Part shown: positions 8,380 to 15,998 of the stretch, one piece after another
Layout of the letters: each line of letters starts with the position of its first letter
Numbering within the stretch: position 1 is the stretch's first letter
Source: Candidatus Saccharimonadota bacterium
Lineage (GTDB): Bacteria > Patescibacteriota > Saccharimonadia > Saccharimonadales > UBA4665
Assembly: GCA_016699935.1 (NCBI GenBank)
Contig: CP064992.1
Coordinates: 30,001 to 62,000 of the forward strand
DNA: 32,000 bases
Direction of reading: 5' to 3'
Notes under the pieces: model-generated
Seen by the model: the letters and a program-made list of their open reading frames with translations, nothing else
What the model was told of the DNA's origin: nothing
The model's database searches: none
Position numbers and translations under genes: made by a program

Positions 8380-9195
8380 TTGGAAGCTATGAAAGATGTC
8401 GTTCTGTGGGAGCTGAAGAGACGAAGAACTGCATTATTATGGTGGAGCATAGGTAGTGTTGTGCTGGCAGTTTTTATCATGGCGTTATTTCCATCCATAA
8501 GCGACCAAGCTGCCCAGCTCAATAAAGTACTGAACACACTTCCGCCAGAACTACGAGGGCTCAAAACAGGCGGGGCGAAGAGTGTAGACGTAGGTGACCC
8601 TGTTGAGTTTCTTAACGCGCAGGTCTTCTACGCTACCCTACCGATACTTTGGATTATCCTATCGGTGACGCGCGGCGCGGGTATACTCGGACGCGAAGAA
8701 CAAAGCCATACGCTTGAGCTGCTACTAGCGCGGCCAATCAGCCGCGTACGACTGCTCGCTGCAAAGGCCTTGGCTTATACGGGAGAATTTGCCGTTGTTT
8801 GCGGCGCAACGCTACTAGCTATAGTGGTATGCGCACCACTTTTTGAACTTCACGTTGGTAGCGACAAGCTGGCCATCACCACATTGTACACCGCGCTATT
8901 TTCCATGAGCTTTGGCTATATTGCATTTGCGCTGCAAGCAGCAAGTCGGTTTACGAAACGAAGTGCTACCGCGGTCGCCGTGGCAATCGGTTTCGGCGGA
9001 TATATTGTCGCCAGCCTCAGCAGTCTGACCGACTGGCTCAAATGGCCAGTAAAATTCATGCCGTACCACTACTTTGTGCCCCTCGACCCGCTTCAGGGCA
9101 AATCGCCGCGTGGTTTACTGGTTTACCTGGTAGCTGTATTCGTCATCGGTACCACCATTGCCCTCCTCGGTTTCCGTCACCGCGATATTGATTAG
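8380..9195 (+). CDS. ABC-2 type transporter permease
   Basis: Six predicted hydrophobic helices, directly downstream of the ATPase. The ATG at 8389 (MKDVVLWELKRRR..) is the more likely start than the TTG at 8380. Confidence 0.75.
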   Translation: MEAMKDVVLWELKRRRTALLWWSIGSVVLAVFIMALFPSISDQAAQLNKVLNTLPPELRGLKTGGAKSVDVGDPVEFLNAQVFYATLPILWIILSVTRGAGILGREEQSHTLELLLARPISRVRLLAAKALAYTGEFAVVCGATLLAIVVCAPLFELHVGSDKLAITTLYTALFSMSFGYIAFALQAASRFTKRSATAVAVAIGFGGYIVASLSSLTDWLKWPVKFMPYHYFVPLDPLQGKSPRGLLVYLVAVFVIGTTIALLGFRHRDID

Positions 9196-9201
9196 TACCG
9201 T

Positions 9202-9393
9202 CTACTGGTTTGTACGGTCGGCCAAGTCGGCCGCTGCTTGGTACGTCTGTTGAAGCCCGCTTAGTTGTGGCAAAACGAGGCTATCGAAAGCCCAAACAGG
9301 TAGATATGCAAATGTTCCAACTATGGCAGTTACGACTAGGAATCTCATAGCACTAGATGATACCATGATGTGATTCCTAAGAAAATTGCTCAT
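9202..9393 (-). CDS. Small hypothetical membrane protein
   Basis: 63-aa ORF with one hydrophobic helix (MRFLVVTAIVGTFAYLPVWAF). No recognisable family. Confidence 0.35.
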   Translation of the reverse strand: MSNFLRNHIMVSSSAMRFLVVTAIVGTFAYLPVWAFDSLVLPQLSGLQQTYQAAADLADRTNQ

Positions 9394-9409
9394 GCTTCAG
9401 CACATCACT

Positions 9410-9495
9410 ACCTGAGTCTAAAAGCATTCTCCTCTAGTACTTTTGTCATTCCCGCCTTCGCGGGAATGACATCCTTAGGTTCTTAAGACTCAGGT
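9410..9495. mobile_element. 86-bp palindromic MITE-like element (ACCTGAGTCT..AGACTCAGGT family)
   Basis: Terminal inverted repeats ACCTGAGTCTAAAAG / CTTAAGACTCAGGT flank the core hairpin TTTTGTCATTCCCGC-CTTC-GCGGGAATGAC. It belongs to the same family as 11181-11302. Confidence 0.6.
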
Positions 9496-9546
9496 CTCAC
9501 TAGCTTGAGCAATTCTCAAAAAGTTGCTATACTCATCCCTGTTGAT

Positions 9547-9670
9547 TGGGGATTGGCCAAGCGTGAGAGCCGCCAGTGGCGGGTCGCAAGGAAGTCCACT
9601 CACGCAAACTGGTTTGCAAATGTGGGGACTGGCCTGCCGAAGGTAGGTCGAGTCCGATTTGTTCCCCGCA
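9547..9670 (+). other. Unassigned structured segment that starts with an exact 17-nt copy of the tRNA-Gln 5' end
   Basis: TGGGGATTGGCCAAGCG (9547-9563) equals 9696-9712. It is followed by the hairpin GCGTGAG(9561-9567)...CTCACGC(9599-9605), which carries a GCAA tetraloop followed by GGAAG, and it ends ..GTTCCCCGCA. I could not fold it into a cloverleaf by hand. Confidence 0.25.
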
Positions 9671-9695
9671 GTACGTTTTAAGTCAAATATGCCAA

Positions 9696-9768
9696 TGGGG
9701 ATTGGCCAAGCGGTAAGGCACTGGGTTCTGGTCCCAGGATCGGGGTTCGAATCCCTCATCCCCAGCCA
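9696..9768 (+). tRNA. tRNA-Gln (anticodon CTG), CCA encoded
   Basis: Acceptor stem TGGGGAT/ATCCCCA, D arm GCC-AAGCGGTAAG-GC, anticodon arm CTGGG-TTCTGGT-CCCAG, T loop GGTTCGAATCC, discriminator G plus CCA. It is close to the E. coli tRNA-Gln layout. The T stem has one mismatch as assembled. Confidence 0.85.
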
Positions 9769-9771
9769 TAC

Positions 9772-9808
9772 AAAAAGACTCGGGTTTACTCGGGTCTTTT
9801 TGTATGTT
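9772..9808 (+). terminator. Intrinsic terminator after tRNA-Gln
   Basis: A 13-bp stem AAAAAGACTCGGG-TTTA-CTCGGGTCTTTTT with a T-rich tail. Confidence 0.5.
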
Positions 9809-9820
9809 TGAGAGGGGGAC

Positions 9821-9901
9821 TATAGAACGAGGTTCGGCGTATGTGAGCGAAGCGAACGGAGAAGCCCATCAAAGATGGGCGCTATCCCTCATCCCCAGCC
9901 A
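9821..9901 (+). repeat. att-like repeat U1, ending in the exact 18-nt 3' end of tRNA-Gln
   Basis: TATAGAACGAGG..GCCCATCAAAGATGGGCGCT+ATCCCTCATCCCCAGCCA. The last 18 nt equal 9751-9768. About 90% identical to U2. Looser homology extends back to 9769. Confidence 0.7.
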
Positions 9902-9923
9902 ATTTTGGAGTATAATAGTTATT

Positions 9924-10004
9924 ATGGAACAATGGATTTTTGGATTTATTATAGGTCTTTGTGTCGGCGTTGGATCAATGGCTGCATACAAATCTAAAGA
10001 ATAG
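9924..10004 (+). CDS. Candidate 26-aa hydrophobic peptide
   Basis: MEQWIFGFIIGLCVGVGSMAAYKSKE. TATAAT at 9911-9916 lies 7 nt before the ATG, a leaderless geometry. Below normal gene-calling length. Confidence 0.3.
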   Translation: MEQWIFGFIIGLCVGVGSMAAYKSKE

Positions 10005-10064
10005 TCCAGAGCACTGTTTGGGTATTAGACCCATACGCTCAGCCATGCATGTTAGGATAGATAT

Positions 10065-10169
10065 ATGTTTAAGTCAGATAAAAGATCATTCATCCAAAAG
10101 AAAAAGGAAGTGATAATTGCGGTAATTTCCGCAGTCTTCGGCTTTTTGATAGGATCGTCAATCCACTAA
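10065..10169 (+). CDS. Candidate 34-aa tail-anchored peptide
   Basis: MFKSDKRSFIQKKKEVIIAVISAVFGFLIGSSIH. AGGA lies 8 nt upstream. The upstream motif GCATGTTAGGATAG recurs at 10383-10398. Confidence 0.3.
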   Translation: MFKSDKRSFIQKKKEVIIAVISAVFGFLIGSSIH

Positions 10170-10257
10170 ATCTGGTCGCGTTCTATCCCCATTCGGTCAT
10201 CCTTATAAAAAAGCTCGAGATTACTCGAGAATATTTGCAGGATTGAGCTTTGTGGAT

Positions 10258-10338
10258 TATAGAACGAGGATAGGCGTATGAGAGCAAAGCGAACGGAAAA
10301 GCCCATCAAAGATGGGCGCTATCCCTCATCCCCAGCCA
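10258..10338 (+). repeat. att-like repeat U2, ending in the exact 18-nt 3' end of tRNA-Gln
   Basis: Same unit as U1, and the last 18 nt (10321-10338) equal 9751-9768. It is preceded by a terminator-like segment (10205-10257) homologous to 9769-9820. Confidence 0.7.
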
Positions 10339-10412
10339 GATGCGACAGTTCAGTTTCAGGCTCATAGCACCTGTTATACTATTGCATGTTTAGGATGAGT
10401 CGTTGAAAGTAA

Positions 10413-10832
10413 GTGAACGAAAAATTGGGTTACTGTAAAGCTAATAGTATAATTACAGTTAATGATGAATCTAAAAAATACTCGAAACTTGCTCGTATTT
10501 ATACTATCTCGTCTATTTTTATCGGACCATTCATTATTCTGCTTGGCACTGGATTTACTCGGGGTGGCGGTGATTATTGTGATTCAGTTTACTATTTATC
10601 TGATGGCACAATTGATCCACGACGTATCACTGAATTTAATAACGCACAAATATTTCAGGTTTCTGGTGCAAGCCTAATGCTGGTTTTGGGGCTTGGTATT
10701 ATTATATATACAATATTTAGCATCAAAAAAGCATCAAAAATCAATATCTGGCCATTGCTAGGCGTAATCATTATGATGTTTGGGTATATTTTAGTTATCT
10801 TATCATCTGGCAAGGGAACCCAAAGCTGTTAG
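10413..10832 (+). CDS. Hypothetical membrane protein (139 aa) in a low-GC patch
   Basis: GTG start and three hydrophobic helices. The AT-rich composition contrasts with flanking housekeeping genes. No recognisable family. Confidence 0.5.
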   Translation: MNEKLGYCKANSIITVNDESKKYSKLARIYTISSIFIGPFIILLGTGFTRGGGDYCDSVYYLSDGTIDPRRITEFNNAQIFQVSGASLMLVLGLGIIIYTIFSIKKASKINIWPLLGVIIMMFGYILVILSSGKGTQSC

Positions 10833-11068
10833 ATCGCACTACAAAAATAGGTTAAACGAAAGCCCGTATAATTATTTAAACCTGTATGCTCAGCCATGAA
10901 AATTGCTTTAGACTTTAAAGCCTGGAGCATTTTTCATTGTGGAGCTGCTAACGATTCGAACACCCGAATACGAAGCATGAGTGGTGAACACTGCTAATGG
11001 CAGTCTGTAAGGAAATCTTCCGACGAAAGCTGTGCTTTCTGCGCGCAGTTTCGGGCCGGCGGAACGTC

Positions 11069-11092
11069 GGTCGAATCCCTCACCCCCAGCTA
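11069..11092 (+). repeat. Degenerate tRNA 3'-end remnant (T loop plus acceptor)
   Basis: GGTCGAATCCCTCACCCCCAGCTA compared with GGTTCGAATCCCTCATCCCCAGCCA in tRNA-Gln. No matching 5' half was found upstream. Confidence 0.45.
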
Positions 11093-11180
11093 AATATTTT
11101 TCAGCAATTTTGTATCTGTTATCTCGGTATGGTTTTCTAGTCTATTATAAAAAATTCACTCATTTGAAAAATCTTTATCT

Positions 11181-11302
11181 ACCTGAATCTCAAAACTGTC
11201 TCCCCTGTAATTTTGTCATTCCCGCGAAGGCGGGAATCCATTTCATATATCTGGATCCCAGCCTTCGTTGGGATGACATCCTAGGGGTTTTGAGATTCAG
11301 GT
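11181..11302. mobile_element. 122-bp palindromic MITE-like element (same family as 9410-9495, with an extra internal hairpin)
   Basis: TIRs ACCTGAATCTCAAAAC / GTTTTGAGATTCAGGT. The core is TTTTGTCATTCCCGCGAAGGCGGGAAT plus GGATCCCAGCCTTCGTTGGGATGAC. The ORF-track peptide ..VIPAKAGIH.. is just its translation. Confidence 0.6.
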
Positions 11303-11521
11303 TCAAACTATGCAAGTGACTGACTGGGGTGTTTCCAGTACCGCTTCACTCACAGGTGACACTGACGATCCAAATGTACACAGAGTTTTTCTGACCAATG
11401 GCCAGTATAACAAACTCAAAAAAAACTTATTTGGACGATAGATTATATTTAATTCACCAATTTAGATACTTTATCTTTAACAATTTCAACATTTAGCCGA
11501 TAATAAAGATAGATTTGAGAA

Positions 11522-12390
11522 TCAATTGACAACTTTTATTGAAGGTAGAATTATCTGCAGATCATCTTTGAAGTTACGTAAATCGAGCTCAGAGTCTCTT
11601 GATAACTTATCCGTCAATTCTTTTACTTCGTCAGCATCAGTTGGAGGATTGTCGAAAGCCTTAATATACTGAACCAATAAGACCAGGTACTTATTGCCCC
11701 CGCTCTTGAATTCGTACATATATAGATATTCCTTTTGATTACCCGGCAACAAGTGGCATATTACATCCGATTGACCATCGCCAACTTGCTTTAGTTTGAA
11801 TGCCGGTTTAGCGCATAACGCGTTGTTGGCGTAGAGTGAATCACCATTGTTAAGATTGATTTGTATTGCTAATGGGTACTTCCCACTCGACGCAACCAAA
11901 AAATCTGAACCACGGAATTGAAAATCATTTTCTGAGTGAACAAAATCCGATGCAGGTTTTAACGTAGCACCCTTGAAATATTTCATACTAAAGATTGTGC
12001 CTGTTTTTCTTTATACGTGACTGTTTGGAAGCTTGATAGATACCTGCCTACGGCAAGTGCAAAGAGAGCAACTAGCACAATTGCTACGCCTAGTATCATC
12101 TTTAGCCAGCGCGGTATACGACGTTTAGGATTGGAGGCGTTTATCGTATTGTAACTGTAGGCCATTGTATTTGTGGACTGAATTGATGATTGAGCTTCAG
12201 AGGATGGTTGAACCTCTTGCGGGTATTCACTATTTTTCTGTGGCGACATTGATATGCTTGTAGGCTGACTCGGTACTATTAACTGGGCAGCTGGCTGGGG
12301 TTGATATGCGTTTGCGGGGTTGCTAATCGGTTGAGGTTCTGAAGTTAAATGATTTGTAGCGTCTGGTGTTAAATTTTTGTCTGGATCCAT
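11522..12390 (-). CDS. Hypothetical membrane-anchored protein (Pro/Gln-rich N-terminus, one TM helix, about 150-aa C-terminal domain); two ORFs that are probably one gene
   Basis: ORFs 11983-12390 and 11522-11986 overlap by ATGA. The combined span is 3n-1, and an A5 run sits between the stop codons of the two frames (about 11993-12000). Either coupled genes or a homopolymer error. No family recognised. Confidence 0.5.
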
Positions 12391-12689
12391 TTTTTAAATA
12401 TAGCATAAACTGGAAATTATCGTGACGGTTAGGTTTTGTTGTAGCTGCCAGTGGTTTGCTCTGGCGAAATGGTTTGAGAAGGTCATACGTTGGTAATATC
12501 CCATATGCAGCCGAGGTTCGCACTACCGCCAGTCGAAACAATCTCGGCTGAATCTACTGTACCTTGAGAATAACCGGTGGTCGGCAATAAGTTCAAGTCT
12601 TTCGCAGTACACCCTGTTTCAGGAGCTACGCCGGCACCCGTAGCGGTAAGCTTATATGCCCACGTGATAAATCAGCCTTCGTCGTTTTC

Positions 12690-12795
12690 AACAACAAAAA
12701 CCAGCACTAAGCTGGTTTCGCTACACATCCCAAAACTTCACATCACAATTGACCGCAGATTGAGCTGTCTCGCAAGCTTCACCTCAAACTGCTAG
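12690..12795 (-). ncRNA. Candidate small RNA (about 100 nt) bounded by a near-consensus promoter and an intrinsic terminator
   Basis: On the minus strand, a promoter lies at 12801-12830. The transcript contains the hairpin GCAGTTTGAG..CTCAATCTGC and ends in AAACCAGC-TTAGT-GCTGGTTT plus TTGTTGTTG (12689-12718). The only reading frame is a 14-codon GTG ORF. Confidence 0.3.
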
Positions 12796-12800
12796 TCTTT

Positions 12801-12830
12801 ATTATATCATACATTTTTCTGTGCAATCAA
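12801..12830 (-). promoter_or_regulatory. Sigma70-like promoter (TTGATT-N18-TATAAT)
   Basis: Read on the minus strand: TTGATT (12830-12825), an 18-nt spacer, then TATAAT (12806-12801). Confidence 0.4.
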
Positions 12831-12920
12831 TCTATGCAATATTGCCGTTGTGATTTATATAACACTAAATCTTACCCCTGTTGTTTTACAGAAAAACATA
12901 TTGTATAGTAAGTATTTTGA

Positions 12921-12949
12921 ATAAAAAAGAGGCGTTACGGTAACGCCTC
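12921..12949 (-). terminator. Intrinsic terminator of the response-regulator gene
   Basis: On the minus strand, GAGGCGTTAC/GTAACGCCTC form a 10-bp palindrome followed by TTTTTTAT, 25 nt after the stop codon. Confidence 0.6.
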
Positions 12950-12973
12950 GGTTTCCTATTTGATGAATATAGC

Positions 12974-13444
12974 TTACTGTGGAGCCTCGTGAAATGGCAC
13001 GTCGGCAAGAGTAGCGCCAGTGGGAGGTGTTTCGGTCGTAACAGGCTCAGGTTGCATATCTGGACGTAGGATGCCATTGACAATCCTGTCTACCGTATCT
13101 TCTGTCATCATTGCCTTCACCGAATAACCAGAGATTCCCAGATCCCGCAGGTCTTTTGGCGCCTCTGTCTCATTTAAATTTGAAATGACATATACTGGAA
13201 TGTTCTTGCCCCAATCGGTTGCTCGCATTGTTGAAAGCAGCTGGCCGCCCGATATATCTGGAATCATGAGGTCAAGCAGAACAAGGTCGGGAATTTCCTT
13301 CTGGATGAAATACAGCCCAGTTATGCCATTGTAGGCAACAAAACAAGTGTAACCAAGCAGCTCCAGGCGTGTTTTGTATATTTCAGCAAGAGCAGTGTTA
13401 TCTTCAACGATGATGATTTTCTGGGAGTAATTTTGAGGATTCAT
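12974..13444 (-). CDS. Stand-alone response regulator (CheY-like receiver domain only)
   Basis: ..KIIIVEDNTALAEIYKTRLELLGY...PDLVLLDLMIPDISG...PVYVISNL..SVKA.. carries the receiver-domain acidic pocket, phospho-acceptor Asp and Lys motifs. There is no output domain and no adjacent kinase. Confidence 0.85.
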   Translation of the reverse strand: MNPQNYSQKIIIVEDNTALAEIYKTRLELLGYTCFVAYNGITGLYFIQKEIPDLVLLDLMIPDISGGQLLSTMRATDWGKNIPVYVISNLNETEAPKDLRDLGISGYSVKAMMTEDTVDRIVNGILRPDMQPEPVTTETPPTGATLADVPFHEAPQ

Positions 13445-13528
13445 ATGGTTGATTGTATTACACCGAATACGCTTTTGCTAGATTAAAATGAATGTCATAT
13501 ACTGAGGCTACGGCTAAGGAGGATAAAT

Positions 13529-14585
13529 ATGCCTGAGGTAAACGTTAAATCATGGGGTTTGATTGGTCGAGGTAACATTGGTCGCGAGCTTGAGCGACAG
13601 ATCGGGCAAGAACGCGTTGCTAACCGGCTCGGGCTAGAGCCAAAGCCCCGCATGGTAGTAGATATCAACGGTATTACTGATGCTGACGGCAATGTTGATT
13701 CCACAACACAATTTGCGGATGCAGACATTCCTGATGTCATGTTTCTTGCCATCCCCTCCGGTGGAGATGGCACACTGGCTTACGGCTATGTTTCGACCAT
13801 CCTTGCGAAAGGTAAAATGGCCGTCACGGCCGAGAAGGGCGCACTGTCGCATTTCTTCCAGGATCTTAAATCTGCCTCTGATAACTTCACCCGGTTTGGT
13901 ATAACTGCGACCGTAGGTGGAGGTACCCGCTTGCTCCGCGTAGCCGAGCAGTACAACATAGACCAAGAAAACATAACCGAAATGCATGCCGTATTGAATG
14001 GCACCATGACGGCCATCATGAGCGAAGTTGCGCCTGCCAGTGGTAGCGGAATCTCACTTGAAAGTGCCGTCGAGCATGCTGTTAAAGCTGGCTACGCTGA
14101 ACCTGGCGCCGACTCCCCACAGGCTGTACTACGCGGCGAAGCCGAGGGTGACATTCCAAAGAAAAATGTCTATCATATACAACATTTTGGGCTTAGGCAA
14201 AACGATTGTTACCCCTGAGATGCTTGCCTTTTCTCTGTCCGATGATGATATCAACACCGCAGTCAGCGCCACGGAGCCACACCGCTTTATCGTCTCTTTC
14301 TATCCTGCCGCTAGTGAAAGTGATCCAGGGTCACGCCTAGGTGGGTTCGACATATCCGTTGATGGATGGCGACTCGTAGCCGGCTTCCGACCACTCAAAG
14401 GAAATCCGCAATTCGCCAGCTTTGCCCCGCTGACCGCCGCTGGGAATGGGCTCGTTGTTGGGCTCGGGCCGAACCTTAGCGACGGCGTTTACACCGTGAC
14501 GGGGCCAGGAGCCGGTGTCGAGCCGACCGTAAATGCCATGATAGACGATTACGTCCGCCTCTCACGGCTGGAGACAGCCCGATGA
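13529..14585 (+). CDS. hom: Homoserine dehydrogenase (divergent), one frameshift
   Basis: N-terminal Rossmann motif GLIGRGNIGRE, then ..ATVGGGTRLL.., ..LNGTMTAIMSE.., ..AGYAEPGADSP..GEAEGDIPKK | MSIIYNILGLG... The frame change lies in the A5 run at about 14163-14167 (a +1 type). It shares an operon with lysC and asd. Confidence 0.75.
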
Positions 14586-15998
14586 TAGTCATGAAATTTG
14601 GTGGTACTTCCGTGGGAAGCGCCGAGCGCATGACTGATGTTGCCAGGCTAGTCTCAAGCGAGATCAAAAGACATCCTGTGGTGGTCACTTCGGCCATGAC
14701 GCAGGTCACCAATCAGTTGGAGGAAATGGCCCGTCTAGCTACCACTTGGCAACAGAAAGCGCGCTATAGCAGCTAAACTTGACACTCTCAAAACCGTCCA
14801 TCACGACGCTATACGAGGGCTGAAGCTCGAACCTAGCGCCGAAGCAGCCCTGCGTGAGCTAATTGATTCCAAAATAACCATTTTGAAAAGCATTTTGAAA
14901 AGTGTTACTGCTCTTGGCGAGCTCACGCCACGTGGCCGCGACCTAATTTTGTCTTTTGGAGAACGTCTTTCAATCCACCTGGTAGCTGCCGCACTCAACA
15001 ACCAAGGTGTACCTGCAGTGGCCGTCAACGCGACTGACTTTCTCGTCACCGACGACAACTTCAACGATGCCCAGCCGCTGCTAGCAGCCTCCAAAAAGAA
15101 GGCCGCCCATGTTCTTCTGCCACTTATTTCAAATGGCACTGTGCCAGTCGTGACAGGATTTATAGGTGCTACCCGCGATGGGGTTACAGCTACACTCGGA
15201 CGCGGTGGTTCTGACTTTTCGGCCACTATACTCGGCTATTGTTTAGACGCTGACGAAGTCTGGATTTGGACAGATGTTGACGGTGTTATGACTAGTGACC
15301 CACGCAGCGTACACGGTGTTTCGTCTATTGCCCGCATGTCGTACGAAGAAGCTTCGGAGCTTTCCTATTTCGGCGCAAAAGTTATTCATCCGCGCACCAT
15401 GATACCAACTGCCGAGCTAGGTATCCCCATTGTTATAAAAAACACTATGAACCCAGGTCATCCTGGTACCCGTATAACCCCCGAGGGCGATACTTCGAAA
15501 AATGGCGCAAAAGCTTTAACCATTTTAAAAAACCTAGCCATGATAACCATCCAAGGCAAAGGAATGCGCGGAGTTTATGGTATTGCCGCTCGAGTATTCG
15601 ATACCCTTGCTGCCGCCAAAGTAAGCGTCCTCTTTATTTCACAAGCTTCGTCGGAAAATAACATAACTCTAGTGGTTGAGAAAACTGCCGGTCAAACCGC
15701 TACTAAGGCCCTGAGACAAACTTTTGCCACGGAAGTTCGCGCCAAAAGGATTGATCTAGTCGAATATCAGACTGGCGTGTCACTCATTGCCGTCGTCGGA
15801 ACCGGCATGCGCCATCACGTCGGAGTTGCTGGCCGCATTTTTAGTGCTCTTGGCAAAGGCAATGTAAATGTAATCGCCATCGCACAGGGTTCGTCCGAGC
15901 TAAATATTACTATGGTGGTCGCCGAAGCAGATGACACAAAAGCCTTGCAGTGTATCCATGACGAACTATATGGAAAAGAGAAAGGAACTCATTCATGA
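14582..15998 (+). CDS. lysC: Aspartate kinase, one frameshift
   Basis: MIVMKFGGTSVGSAERM..PVVVTSAMTQVTNQL..LATT | GNRKRAIAAKLDTLKTVHHDAIRGL...GERLS...TLGRGGSDFSA...SYFGAKVIHP, plus two ACT-like repeats. The start overlaps the hom stop (ATGA). The frame change is at about 14745. Confidence 0.85.

Noticed and set aside
8336-8392. ATGA-coupled start of the permease at 8336 (MIDLELRDKSHELRVWKL*).
   Set aside because: This frame terminates after 18 codons and is encoded by the heptamer array. The hydrophobic permease frame starts at 8380 or 8389.
10860-11092. tmRNA (ssrA) ending in the tRNA-like GGTCGAATCCCTCACCCCCAGCTA.
   Set aside because: No matching 5' acceptor strand (TGGGGGT) or GGGG..TTCGAC 5' motif occurs within about 400 nt upstream. 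No tag reading frame is evident, and the 3' end is CTA rather than CCA. It is better explained as a decayed att remnant.
11032-11319. 95-aa plus-strand ORF.
   Set aside because: It is composed of the tRNA 3' remnant, AT-rich spacer and the MITE (..VIPAKAGIH..LDPSLRWDD..), so it is not a gene.
12480-12620. Possible tRNA, suggested by GGTTCGCAC and GTTCAAGTC T-loop-like strings.
   Set aside because: No 5-bp T stems flank either motif, and no acceptor or anticodon arms could be drawn on either strand.
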